This document shows positions 27,015 through 35,995 of a stretch of 64,000 nucleotides of DNA, one piece after another (within the stretch, counting starts at the first letter, position 1; the number at the start of each line of letters is the position of its first letter). Source of the stretch: Planctomycetota bacterium (GTDB taxonomy: Bacteria; Planctomycetota; B15-G4); NCBI GenBank assembly GCA_965248575.1, contig CBDFJQ010000002.1, positions 1,536,001 through 1,600,000 on the forward strand. The letters run 5' to 3'. The notes beneath the pieces are model-generated. The model saw only the letters and a list, made by a program, of their open reading frames with translations. It made no database searches and was not told the origin of the DNA. The position numbers and the translations under genes are program-made.

Positions 27015-27611
27015 GTGCCCCTGATCGCGCTCGGCCTGCTCATCGGCCTGGACAATTGTCTCGTGGGTGCAGCGCTCGGCCCGCTCCAGCTCGACCCACG
27101 ACGACGTCGAAGGCTCGCACTCTCCTTCGGCCTGTTCGAGATGCTCATGCCGCTCATTGGAGCCGCCGTCGCGGCACGAGGGCTCTCGGCGACAGGCTGG
27201 CAGCTGGAAGGCCTGACCCCCATGGCGCTGGCCGTGTGCGCACTGCTTGCCTTGATCGGGGCCCGCCGGCGTGGGCGCGTGGCCCTGCAGGGTCGCCTGG
27301 CCCTGATCCTCGTTCCCCTCAGCTTGAGCCTCGACAACCTGGCTGCTGGGGCGACGCTGCTCCAGGACGGCGGAGCCCTGCTTTCTTCCGCCTTGATGAT
27401 CGGCGCGCTCTCGGGGCTCCTGAGTCTCCTGGGCCTCTCCCTCGGGGCCCATGCAGCCACATGGCTGGCCGCCCCCAGCAAGCCCGTCGAGAACGAACAG
27501 CACGACACCGGATGGGGCTCCAAGCAAGGAACCCGCCGACGACTCTCCGCTTCGATCTTGAGCGGAACGCTCCTGGCGTTGGCCAGCCTGACTTCCCTGG
27601 CACTTGGTTGA
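27015..27611 (+). CDS. MntP/YtaF-family membrane protein (manganese efflux-like)
   Basis: AGGAGG SD; GLDN..VG, FGLFE.LMPLIG, LSLSLDNLAAG duplicated halves. Confidence 0.75.
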   Translation: MPLIALGLLIGLDNCLVGAALGPLQLDPRRRRRLALSFGLFEMLMPLIGAAVAARGLSATGWQLEGLTPMALAVCALLALIGARRRGRVALQGRLALILVPLSLSLDNLAAGATLLQDGGALLSSALMIGALSGLLSLLGLSLGAHAATWLAAPSKPVENEQHDTGWGSKQGTRRRLSASILSGTLLALASLTSLALG

Positions 27612-27621
27612 GGACATCACG

Positions 27622-27894
27622 ATGCCCCCCACGGAACAAAGCGGTGATTCCGGCACGACACCCAAGGTGTCCTTCGCCTCCCACATCGCGCCCTACTTCG
27701 CGCAGTACGCCGATGAAATGCGTTGGCGCATGAACCTCATCGACTACACCGACGTGAAGGACAATGCGGACATGATCTACAGCCGCATCAGCGACAAGAC
27801 GGACAACCGCATGCCGCCGCCGATGTACCCCGCTCTCAATCAGTCGGTCATCGACAACTTCAGGTGGTGGATGGACAACGGGTTCCCTCCGTGA
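27622..27894 (+). CDS. small conserved-looking protein, cytochrome-c-like fold without CxxCH
   Basis: GAGGA SD; VSF..HIAPYF...IYSRI...RMPPP...FRWWMDNG; GTGA coupling to the next gene. Confidence 0.7.
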   Translation: MPPTEQSGDSGTTPKVSFASHIAPYFAQYADEMRWRMNLIDYTDVKDNADMIYSRISDKTDNRMPPPMYPALNQSVIDNFRWWMDNGFPP

Positions 27895-29240
27895 CTCCGG
27901 CTCGCGCACTCCACGTCACCCCGGCGCCTGGCCCGATACCTGGCCCGATACCTGGCCCGATACAGGATCGGGCGCAGCCCCGCGCACCGCGTGTGCGCGA
28001 CCTGCACTTTCCCACGGGGCTCTGTTTCGACGCACAGGGGACGCTCTTCATCACCGAGTCCGGCATCCCCCTGGATGGCGCCCCAGCAGGTGGGCGCGTT
28101 TGGCGCGTCGAACGCAACGGCCAGCGGCGCCTGTTGCGGGACGGTCTGGGTGCCCCCGTCACCGGCGTCCACTGGCACGGCGAAACGCTCTATGTCTCTC
28201 AGGGGGGCCAGCCCGGACGGATCCTGGCCATCGACCCCAACACCGGTTCCCAAAAGGTCTTGGTGGATGATCTGCCCAGCGGCGGCAACTACCACACCAA
28301 CACCCCCTTCATGGCGCCCGATGGCTGGCTCTACTTCGGGCAGGGATCCGCCACCAACAGCGGCATCGTGGGCCCCGACGGACGCGACATGCCCTGGCTC
28401 AGGGAGCATGCCCACAGCCACGACCTGCCCGGTTACGAAATCGTCTTGTCCGGCGAAGACGTCACCACCGACAACCCCGCAGGTGGCCCCCCCGTCACGA
28501 CGGGAGGGTTTGCGCCCTTCGGCCGTTCGCAGCCTGCGGGGAGCCGCATCCCCGCTCAGACACCGTGCACTTCGGGAGTCATGCGCTGCCGCCCCGACGG
28601 CAGCTCGCTCGAAGTGGTGGCCTGGGGCCTGCGCAATCCCTACGGCCTCGGCGCCTTGCCCAACGGGCGGCTGATCGCCGTGGACCTAGGCCTCAATGAC
28701 CGCGGCAGCCGCCCGGTGCGAGCCGCCGAAGCTTGCCTCTTTGAACTGCATCCCGGGCGCTGGTATGGCTGGCCCGACTACGCCGCCGGCGTCCCGGTGA
28801 CGGCACCCGAACTCTGCCCCACCCGCACACCCCTGCGCCAAGACCAGCCGCAACCTCCGCCGCAACCGGCCAGCTTCCTGCTGTCGAATCACGAGGCCCT
28901 GGGTCCTCCGGTAGAACCGCTGTTCCGCTTCCCTCGCCACGCGGCGCCAACTCATGCGCTGCCCGTAAGCAACGACGAACTCTTGGTGTGCCTGTTCGGC
29001 GACAAGCTTCCGTTGACCGGGCCACCCGGTCCGCGCGCCGGACGAGGTCTTGCACGTGTCGACTTGCGCCGGGGCGAAATGCAGATGGAGTCCACGCCTC
29101 CCTTGCATCGTCCCATCGACCTGGCCATTGACCCCACCGACGGCAGCTTGCACGTGCTCGACTTCGGTCGCTACGAACTGCAAGCGCTGCCAAAGCTCGA
29201 AGCCCAGGCGGGCAGCGGTCGGGTTTGGAAGGTAGGCTGA
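27891..29240 (+). CDS. glucose/sorbosone dehydrogenase-like beta-propeller
   Basis: FPTGLCFD, PDGWLYFGQGSATNSG, AWGLRNPYGL, WYGWPD, RPIDLAIDP. Confidence 0.8.
   Translation: MTPARALHVTPAPGPIPGPIPGPIQDRAQPRAPRVRDLHFPTGLCFDAQGTLFITESGIPLDGAPAGGRVWRVERNGQRRLLRDGLGAPVTGVHWHGETLYVSQGGQPGRILAIDPNTGSQKVLVDDLPSGGNYHTNTPFMAPDGWLYFGQGSATNSGIVGPDGRDMPWLREHAHSHDLPGYEIVLSGEDVTTDNPAGGPPVTTGGFAPFGRSQPAGSRIPAQTPCTSGVMRCRPDGSSLEVVAWGLRNPYGLGALPNGRLIAVDLGLNDRGSRPVRAAEACLFELHPGRWYGWPDYAAGVPVTAPELCPTRTPLRQDQPQPPPQPASFLLSNHEALGPPVEPLFRFPRHAAPTHALPVSNDELLVCLFGDKLPLTGPPGPRAGRGLARVDLRRGEMQMESTPPLHRPIDLAIDPTDGSLHVLDFGRYELQALPKLEAQAGSGRVWKVG
27927..27962 (+). repeat. 3x perfect 12-bp tandem repeat CCTGGCCCGATA (PGPI x3)
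   Basis: Read directly from the sequence. Confidence 0.9.
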
Positions 29241-29446
29241 GCGAGCATCTTTCTTCCGTGAACCAAGACGCCCCGAGCCGCCTGGCACTCGCCTGAACTC
29301 GGAACCGACGTTCTGTTCGAAAGCCGGCGCCGAAGCCAACCGTCTTTCCCATCGGCGCGTAGGATGCCCGTCGGGAATCCACGCCGAACCGGGCTGCATC
29401 AGTCCGCATGTTCGGCACAGCAGCAATGACTCACGGGAGAGATGTC

Positions 29447-31960
29447 ATGAAGTTCGTCATGAAGACCCTGGTCAAGGTCCAGCTGAGCGCCTGCCTGCTT
29501 CTCAGCTTGTGCAGCCTCGCCACCGGCCAGTGGGTTCAGCAGGAAGCCTGCTATGTGTTTCCACTCAACGCCAACGTCTGGAGCCAGGCTTCCTCCTGGC
29601 CAAACAACATGGTGCCCGCAACAGGCACCGTCGCCCACATCCCCGCGGGCACGACCATGTACCTCGATAGGAGCCCCAATGCCCTCGAAGGTATCGAGGT
29701 GGAAGGCACCCTGATCTTCATCTGCCGTGACCTGAACGTCAGCGCTGACTGGATCCGTGTCACAGGGCGCCTGGAGGCAGGCACCGCCAACAAGCCCTTC
29801 CTGCGCGAGGCGATCATCACGCTCACGGACGACTACCCCGATGATGCGTCGGCCCCTGGCAACAAGATGCTCGTGGTGGAGGGGACCGGCGAGCTCATCC
29901 TGCGAGGCGAACCCCACGGGCCAAGCTGGAAGCGGATCGCCAGCACGGCCGCCAAGAACCAGGACCAGCTCGTGCTCCAATCAGCGCCGGACTGGAACGT
30001 GGGCGATTCGATCGTCATCGCCTCCACCGACTTCGACATGACTCAGGCGGAAGAGCGGGAGATCCTCGCCATCAGTGGGTCCACCCTGACCCTGGATCAG
30101 GACCTGATGTACGAGCATTGGGGCGCGACGGAGGGCCCGGCCCCCGGCGTCGAGGAATATGCGGAGGTCGGATTGCTGACCCGCAACATCGTCGTGCAAG
30201 GCAGCCCCAACATGACGGGGTCGCCTGAGATGGCAGGCCACGTGATCGTCCGGAATGCCACGGGTGCAGGGCCCATCGTACGCCTCAGCTGGGTGGAGTT
30301 CCGCAACCTGGGCAACGAGGGCACCCTGGGTCAGTACCCGGTGCACTTCCACCAACTCGGCACCCAGGTCGACGCCTTCGTGCGCAACTGCAGCATCCAC
30401 CACAGCAGCAACCGCGGCGTCGTGGTGCACGGAACCCAGGGTATCGAGCTCACCAACAACGTGGTCTTCGACACCATCGGCCACGGCTACTACATGGAGG
30501 ACGGCAGCGAGACCGACTGCGTCTGGAAGGGGAACCTCGGCCTCGTCACTCGCGCGGCGACAGTCTGCGTGGACCCGCCCGACTGCACCGACGAAGAACC
30601 CGCCACCTTCTGGGTGCGCAACAACGACAACATCCTGGAAGACAACGCGGCGGGCGGCTCGGATTTCTACGGCTTCTGGCTGGGCGAGGACACCCTCAGC
30701 CCCACGCCGATCACCTCCTTCACCCGCAATGTCGCCCACAGCAATGGGCACAGCGGCTTCTACCAGAACACCCGCCCCATGCCGACGGCGGCCAACCCCG
30801 GCATCTGGCACGACCTCACGACCTACAAGAACAGACGCACGGGCGTCTGGTTCCGCAGCTACGGCATCTGCGAACTGAACAACATCAAATCGGCGGACAA
30901 TGAGTCGGGTTTCTATGTCGCCTCCACGGGAACGCCTGCGGGGCTACCATTGCCGTCCCTGACCACCTTGAAGGATTCCCTCGCCGTGGGAGAGAGCAAC
31001 AACCTCGGCGAGCCCTTGAGCGCGCTGGAGCTGCAGCACGGCCGCAGCCTGCCGCAGACGGCCCCCTGGTTGCCCGGCACTCCGCAGATCGATGCCCTGA
31101 TGGGATACGAGATCTATGACGGCCCCATCGCCGTTGTGGACACGCACTTCGCCAACTTCGAGGACTTCGACTACACCCTCGTGAACCCCGCCTGGCTACG
31201 CAAAGCTGGCGCCTTCCACCAGGTTCAGGCGCTGGTTTCACCCTGGGCCATGGACCCCACGAACTACGTCGAGGGGGTCAGCTTCGAACAACCCGGGACC
31301 CGGCCGCTCTACTTCCGGGATGCCCAGCCAGGCGCCAACGGCATCGCCATGGCATCCCTGCTCGACCTGGACGGCTCACTCTCGGGTACGGCGGGTGCCT
31401 ATGTCTTCGCCAACACGAACTTCCTGGTGCCTGCCAGTGGGTCCACGTTCGACACGGACTGGAACGCGAACATCGTCGTCCCCTCGCAGGGCCAGGTCTA
31501 CGGCCAGCTGGACTTCAAGAACACTGACGTGGTCAATCTGCCGGACGAGTTGGACCTCATCAACGTCAACGACCCGACCAAGGTGTTCCGCATCATGACG
31601 CCTACCGAAGTGACCAGCGAGCACTTCGTGGCCAGCGTGCCCATCGACACCTCGCCCAGCGTGAACGACGTCTACCTGTATGCCGGCCTGTCAGGCGACC
31701 CGGTCCCCCAGACCTTCCGCCTGACCTTGCGCTTCACGGCACCCAACCAGTCGATCCTGGTGGGTGTGCCTTTCGCCGCCGGCGGAACCACCGTGACTCA
31801 CAACGGCACACCCATGGCCATCTCCACCATCAACCAGGTCTTGACGGGCAGCGGCAACGCGTGGGCCTTCTTCAACGGACTCTATGTGTTCCGGCTCACC
31901 ACCGGAGGCACCGGAACCACGGTCTTCGATGGGACCCCCACCGAGTTTGAAGTGCTCTGA
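29447..31960 (+). CDS. secreted G8-domain / parallel beta-helix protein (CEMIP/TMEM2/fibrocystin-like)
   Basis: Signal peptide; G8-like N-terminus; AEVGLLTRNI, LGQYPVHFH, SIHHSSNRGVVVHGT, NNVVFDTIGHGYYMEDG. Confidence 0.85.
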   Translation: MKFVMKTLVKVQLSACLLLSLCSLATGQWVQQEACYVFPLNANVWSQASSWPNNMVPATGTVAHIPAGTTMYLDRSPNALEGIEVEGTLIFICRDLNVSADWIRVTGRLEAGTANKPFLREAIITLTDDYPDDASAPGNKMLVVEGTGELILRGEPHGPSWKRIASTAAKNQDQLVLQSAPDWNVGDSIVIASTDFDMTQAEEREILAISGSTLTLDQDLMYEHWGATEGPAPGVEEYAEVGLLTRNIVVQGSPNMTGSPEMAGHVIVRNATGAGPIVRLSWVEFRNLGNEGTLGQYPVHFHQLGTQVDAFVRNCSIHHSSNRGVVVHGTQGIELTNNVVFDTIGHGYYMEDGSETDCVWKGNLGLVTRAATVCVDPPDCTDEEPATFWVRNNDNILEDNAAGGSDFYGFWLGEDTLSPTPITSFTRNVAHSNGHSGFYQNTRPMPTAANPGIWHDLTTYKNRRTGVWFRSYGICELNNIKSADNESGFYVASTGTPAGLPLPSLTTLKDSLAVGESNNLGEPLSALELQHGRSLPQTAPWLPGTPQIDALMGYEIYDGPIAVVDTHFANFEDFDYTLVNPAWLRKAGAFHQVQALVSPWAMDPTNYVEGVSFEQPGTRPLYFRDAQPGANGIAMASLLDLDGSLSGTAGAYVFANTNFLVPASGSTFDTDWNANIVVPSQGQVYGQLDFKNTDVVNLPDELDLINVNDPTKVFRIMTPTEVTSEHFVASVPIDTSPSVNDVYLYAGLSGDPVPQTFRLTLRFTAPNQSILVGVPFAAGGTTVTHNGTPMAISTINQVLTGSGNAWAFFNGLYVFRLTTGGTGTTVFDGTPTEFEVL

Positions 31961-31990
31961 GCAGGCTCGGTTCAGCGGTCTGACGACGAC

Positions 31991-32947
31991 TCAGCGTTCA
32001 GCCGTGTCCACGAGCTCGTACTCGTGGATGCGGCGAACGTCCATGGTCAGCGGCCCGCCTTCGGACTCTCGTTCGAAGATGCGCACGAAGCGCGCGCCGT
32101 GGACGATCTCCGTATCGGTGTAGCTGGTCCAATCGTGGACGTCCTGGGAGGTGGTGGCGTCGCGGCCACGCAGCAGCACGACGGCCTCGACCCGGAGGCG
32201 AGCGTAGTCCTCCGGACTGAGCCCCTGCAAGGGGCTCTGCTCGTCGATGGGATGGACGATCGTCCAGGACAGGTGCAGGAAGGAAACCAGGCTGCGCTCC
32301 AGGGGCAAGTCGTGGAAGACCCGGCGCGGCGCGCCGCCGGTGTCATCGCCTTCGACGAAACTCGACAGCATGACCTTGGCGTGCAGGTCCAGCAGTTGGT
32401 TCCGACGGCGATTCGCGATGCGTAGCATGAGCCCCGTGCCGCCACGGTAGGGAGCAACCACGGCACGGTCGCTCCAGGCGATGTCGGGAGCGGGGCGCGA
32501 GAAACGCGCGAAGACCAGCCCCGTCCCCAACGCCACCAACACCAAGGAGCAGAAGGCCTGCACCATCATGACCACGTTGGCTGCCAGTCCTGATGGTGCG
32601 AGCTGACCGTAGCCCACCGTGGACGAAGTCTGCACGGAGAGAAACAGCGCCTGCAGGAAGCGCCCGTAGGTAGCCGGTCCGGTGATGGCGCCCTCACCGC
32701 AGGCGATGTAAGCCGCAGCGAAGAGCAGGTTGAACGCCAGGTAGGCCAGCGCCGCACCCAGCAAGAACCAACCCCAACGCGTGGTGAGCATGCGGTGGTA
32801 GAGGCTGAGCCGGGCGCGCCAACTGCCTCCGACGTGAGCCACCGAGAAGCTGCCGTCCCGCTCCACCAGCCGCGACGCGCGCGACGCGAGAGACCCGAAG
32901 CCCAAGTCGCGATCTTCATCAGTCTCGGGGTTCTCGCGGCGGACCAT
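31991..32947 (-). CDS. inward-rectifier potassium channel (KirBac-like)
   Basis: Two TMs, pore FLSVQTSSTVGYG, GLVFARFSRP, SWTIVHPIDEQSPL. Confidence 0.92.
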   Translation of the reverse strand: MVRRENPETDEDRDLGFGSLASRASRLVERDGSFSVAHVGGSWRARLSLYHRMLTTRWGWFLLGAALAYLAFNLLFAAAYIACGEGAITGPATYGRFLQALFLSVQTSSTVGYGQLAPSGLAANVVMMVQAFCSLVLVALGTGLVFARFSRPAPDIAWSDRAVVAPYRGGTGLMLRIANRRRNQLLDLHAKVMLSSFVEGDDTGGAPRRVFHDLPLERSLVSFLHLSWTIVHPIDEQSPLQGLSPEDYARLRVEAVVLLRGRDATTSQDVHDWTSYTDTEIVHGARFVRIFERESEGGPLTMDVRRIHEYELVDTAER

Positions 32948-33049
32948 GCGGCCGATGGTACTTCAGGGGATCGGTCGCTCGCATACCCGCACTCGCTCCT
33001 CTGACGAATCAGGGGCGGCGCGGTTCCTGAGCGCGGTACGATCCCCGGC

Positions 33050-34345
33050 ATGCTTCTCCTGAAGATCGGGCTTTGCGCATCGGCTTCCATCGTGCCGGCC
33101 GTCTGTCTCATCACCTGCACCCTGCTGGGTCTCCCGACCGTCGCCGCTCAACCCTTTGCCGCTCAACAGGCACCACTTGGAACGGGGAGTTCGGTCGTAG
33201 CCACCGGCACGAGCGCACGGCTTCACGAGAGGGGCCCATCCCCCCCGCCTGTCTCTCCACCTTCCGACTTCGTGCATGTGGTCGGGCATCAACTGGTCGC
33301 ACAGGGCAAGCCGTTCCACTTCGCGGGCTGGAACACCTACTACCTGATGGTCTATGCCGCTGATGCGGGGCTGGTCCCCCTGGTTGATGAGGTGTTCAAC
33401 GATGCGGACGCCTTGGGACTCTCGGTGCTGCGAACCTGGGCCTTCAACGACGGCGCAGGCCAATGGAACGCCCTGCAGACGGCACCCGGCACCTATGACG
33501 AACAGGTGTTTCGCGGCCTCGACTACGTGGTCTGGCAAGCGGGGCTGCGCGGCGTCCGCCTGATCCTGCCGTTGGTGAACAACTGGGACGACTACGGCGG
33601 CATGAACCAGTACGTCGCTTGGAGCCCCACGGCGACGGGCCACGACGACTTCTACAGCGACCCCTCCTGCCAGCAGTGGTTCAAGAACCACGTGACGGCC
33701 GTGCTGAAGCGCGTGAACACCTACACGAACATCGCCTATCGAGACGACCCAACGATCCTGGCCTGGGAGCTGGCGAACGAAGCGCGTTGCGTCTCGGACA
33801 GCAGCGGCGCCACGCTGCAGTCATGGCTCGATACCATGGCTGCACACGTCAAGGCCGTGGACCCCAACCACCTGCTCACAACAGGCATCGAGGGGTTCTA
33901 CGCTGGCGACCAGGCTGCGAAGAACCCAGCCAGCTGGATGAGCACTCAGGGCGTCGACTTCATCGCCAATCACTCAGGGCCGGACATCGACTTTGCGAGC
34001 GTGCATCTCTGGCCCGATAGTTGGGGCTTCAACCTCTCGGACACTGTGCAATGGGTGTCCGACCACGGGGAGGACGGCCTCGAGCTGCTCAACAAGCCCG
34101 TTGTCGTCGAGGAATTCGGGAAGCAGGGATCGCTCTCGACGCGCGACCTCTACTACCAGGCCATCTACCAGGCGGCCTATGACCTGGCCACGTCAGGAGG
34201 CGCCCTCGCCGGCACCAACTTCTGGTCGCTCTACCACGATGCCTATGCGCCCTTCGACGACGGATACGGCGTGTTCGCCCCTGCGGACGTCAGCACGACG
34301 GCCATCATCATGAACGAAGCAGCCTTGATCCACGCGTTGCCTTGA
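33050..34345 (+). CDS. GH5 endo-1,4-beta-mannanase-like glycoside hydrolase, secreted
   Basis: LRTWAF, LVNNWDDYGGM, AWELANEARC (acid/base), VHLWPD.W, PVVVEEFG (nucleophile). Confidence 0.9.
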   Translation: MLLLKIGLCASASIVPAVCLITCTLLGLPTVAAQPFAAQQAPLGTGSSVVATGTSARLHERGPSPPPVSPPSDFVHVVGHQLVAQGKPFHFAGWNTYYLMVYAADAGLVPLVDEVFNDADALGLSVLRTWAFNDGAGQWNALQTAPGTYDEQVFRGLDYVVWQAGLRGVRLILPLVNNWDDYGGMNQYVAWSPTATGHDDFYSDPSCQQWFKNHVTAVLKRVNTYTNIAYRDDPTILAWELANEARCVSDSSGATLQSWLDTMAAHVKAVDPNHLLTTGIEGFYAGDQAAKNPASWMSTQGVDFIANHSGPDIDFASVHLWPDSWGFNLSDTVQWVSDHGEDGLELLNKPVVVEEFGKQGSLSTRDLYYQAIYQAAYDLATSGGALAGTNFWSLYHDAYAPFDDGYGVFAPADVSTTAIIMNEAALIHALP

Positions 34346-34372
34346 CGAGGCGAGACGAGCCGCCCGCCGGGC

Positions 34373-34951
34373 CTACTTGGACCGCTCGGCCAGGTACTCC
34401 GCCGTCCCCTCGCCGCTCAATTTCGCTGCGTCCTTCAAGCGACCGTTGACGGTTGGCGACATGAGCAAGTCGTAGTGCACACCGAGGTCCAGGTAGATCT
34501 CGTCGAGCACTTCGCCCAACTTGCTCTTGATCTCAACCTGGACATGGACTCGAGCCACGGCGAGCCACGCGGGAATGCGGTAGTACCCCGTATCGATCCT
34601 CGTTGTGAACGGCCGCAAGACGAACTCGGCATCGGGGTCCACCCTCAGGCCAGCGCGCAGCATCTCCGTTGAAAGCGCCGCATCGAAGTTCGTCCGGATG
34701 TTGGTCTTGATGGTGGCCCACTTATCCAGTTCGTCGCCCTTCGCAGCGAGGAACTCGCTCTCCGGCTTGCTATCAACCTGGAGGTCGAGCAACTCGAGCG
34801 GTTGGACCGCGTAGGCCCGGATGCCGGTGAATGGATTCGGTTCAGCACTTCTCACGACGACATAGGGCGTGCCACAGGCGACGCTCAACCCCAGGATGAG
34901 AACGCAGCAGGAAAGCGCAAGCTTGTGCGGTGCAGGATGAGTCCAGGCCAT
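34373..34951 (-). CDS. hypothetical lipoprotein
   Basis: Hydrophobic N-terminus ending SVAC; coding-like composition. Confidence 0.65.
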   Translation of the reverse strand: MAWTHPAPHKLALSCCVLILGLSVACGTPYVVVRSAEPNPFTGIRAYAVQPLELLDLQVDSKPESEFLAAKGDELDKWATIKTNIRTNFDAALSTEMLRAGLRVDPDAEFVLRPFTTRIDTGYYRIPAWLAVARVHVQVEIKSKLGEVLDEIYLDLGVHYDLLMSPTVNGRLKDAAKLSGEGTAEYLAERSK

Positions 34952-35041
34952 GGCGAGCCCCTTTCGTCGAGGTCAGTTGGAGACGAACTCGCCCATCATA
35001 GTCACGCCATCGTCGGCGAGCGACCACTGCGCCAGACGGCC

Positions 35042-35986
35042 CTAGCGGTCGGGAGGCGAAAAGCTGCGATCGGCGAACGGCGCGCTTTGAGGCACATGGC
35101 ACTGCACACACTGGCCCCGCCGGGGGTGGCTGGTGCGCAGACCCTCGTAGCCCGTCTTGCCGTGGCAACTCAGGCAGCGGCCCCGGAGCAGAAGGGTGTG
35201 AGGAATGCTCGGCGGCATGCCCTGCGGGTGATCGGCCTCCAGCACCTGGCTGGTCACTGCGGGGCGGCTGCCCGCGAAGCCGTTGCCCTGCCAGTGCAGA
35301 GATGAGGAGGGCAAAGCGACCTGCCCGCCCTCGCCTCGACCTTCGGCGGCACGCGAGGAGAATTCCCGGTGGCGCGACTCCACGTGGCACTGCAGGCACT
35401 GAGACAGTTCCGTGTGGGCCATGGGCCGCGCCGTCCGGTCACCCATCACGAGGCCAGTGTCATGGCAGTCAAGACACTGACGGCTGCCCTTGCCGAAAAC
35501 GGTCGAGTGCGGCATGGCCGGCGGCGCCCCCTCGTAGGTACGGCGCGAGGCACGCAGCTCCAGGCTCTCTTGCCGGGCTGACTCCCGATCCCTTGCCAAG
35601 ACGAAGTACGGCAACTTGCCGGACTCCGGCGTGAGCAAGGTGCTGAGCTTGCGGTTCCGGGACTCGAGGGGGCGTTCCCCGAGCAGCGAGCCCAAGGCCA
35701 TGCCGCCAGTCTCGGGGGTGGGCGCCCGCCATGCGTCAACCTCAGCTTCCGCGGCAGAAGGGGCCACGCTCTGCGCTGGAGCGTCAACGCTTTGCACAGG
35801 GTCGGCAACGCTCTGCGCAGGCGCCATGGCCTGCGGCGCGGGTTCGGCTTCTGGTTCCTTCTCCGCCGCCGGCCGGCTCGTCTCGCCCGTCGGAGCATCA
35901 GACACGCACGACGTGCTGCCCCCGATCATGGCCCCCAAGATGAGGGCCCCCGAGGCGACGGACAGGCAGCTGCTCCAGCACGTCAT
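35042..35986 (-). CDS. napB: NapB-like cytochrome c with two tandem diheme modules (4 CxxCH)
   Basis: GAPPAMPH..CLDCH..CLQCH and PPSIPH..CLSCH..CVQCHVPQ; 9 nt downstream of napA. Confidence 0.8.
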   Translation of the reverse strand: MTCWSSCLSVASGALILGAMIGGSTSCVSDAPTGETSRPAAEKEPEAEPAPQAMAPAQSVADPVQSVDAPAQSVAPSAAEAEVDAWRAPTPETGGMALGSLLGERPLESRNRKLSTLLTPESGKLPYFVLARDRESARQESLELRASRRTYEGAPPAMPHSTVFGKGSRQCLDCHDTGLVMGDRTARPMAHTELSQCLQCHVESRHREFSSRAAEGRGEGGQVALPSSSLHWQGNGFAGSRPAVTSQVLEADHPQGMPPSIPHTLLLRGRCLSCHGKTGYEGLRTSHPRRGQCVQCHVPQSAPFADRSFSPPDR

Positions 35987-35995
35987 GACTTCACC

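Noticed and set aside
29282..29298. Sigma54 promoter (TGGCAC)
   Set aside because: The -12 TTGC element is absent at the required spacing
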